DNA from: Selaginella moellendorffii | Lineage: Eukaryota; Plantae; Lycopodiophyta | Assembly (NCBI RefSeq): GCF_000143415.4 | Contig: NW_003314274.1 | Location: 2,524,623-2,588,528 of the forward strand | Direction: 5' to 3' | Length of the DNA: 63,906 nt | Part shown: piece by piece, positions 63,901-63,906 of the stretch | How the letters are laid out: the number at the start of each line of letters is the position of its first letter | Numbering within the stretch: position 1 is the first letter of the stretch | Notes under the pieces: model-generated | Database searches by the model: none | What the model was told of the DNA's origin: nothing | The model's input: only the letters and a program-made list of their open reading frames with translations | Translations under genes and position numbers: made by a program

Positions 63901-63906
63901 TTTTCT

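Overview
Plant genomic DNA, very repeat-rich, with two N gaps. The 46-63 bp introns and plant-type gene fragments suggest a compact early-diverging land plant such as the lycophyte Selaginella (inference). Bases 1-41583 are a deep transposon nest. It holds a degenerate Ty3/Gypsy element split by a 9 kb TIR DNA transposon, several copies of a non-coding LARD-like LTR family (family A, minisatellite-filled LTRs), a chromovirus (family B) plus a solo LTR, two 5S-containing Cassandra-type TRIMs and one other TRIM. The nest abuts a Helitron Rep pseudogene. Bases 41584-63906 hold Helitron remnants and decayed host-gene fragments (BIG ARF-GEF, RING, MRL1-like PPR, kelch). Two things stand out. First, the DNA transposon at 3744-12736 encodes a MULE-like transposase and a divergently oriented, intron-containing gene. 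That gene fuses a ParB/Srx-like domain to a beta-class DNA amino-methyltransferase domain and lies next to an array of six 22-bp palindromes. Second, the chromovirus integrase is split by two short canonical GT-AG introns.
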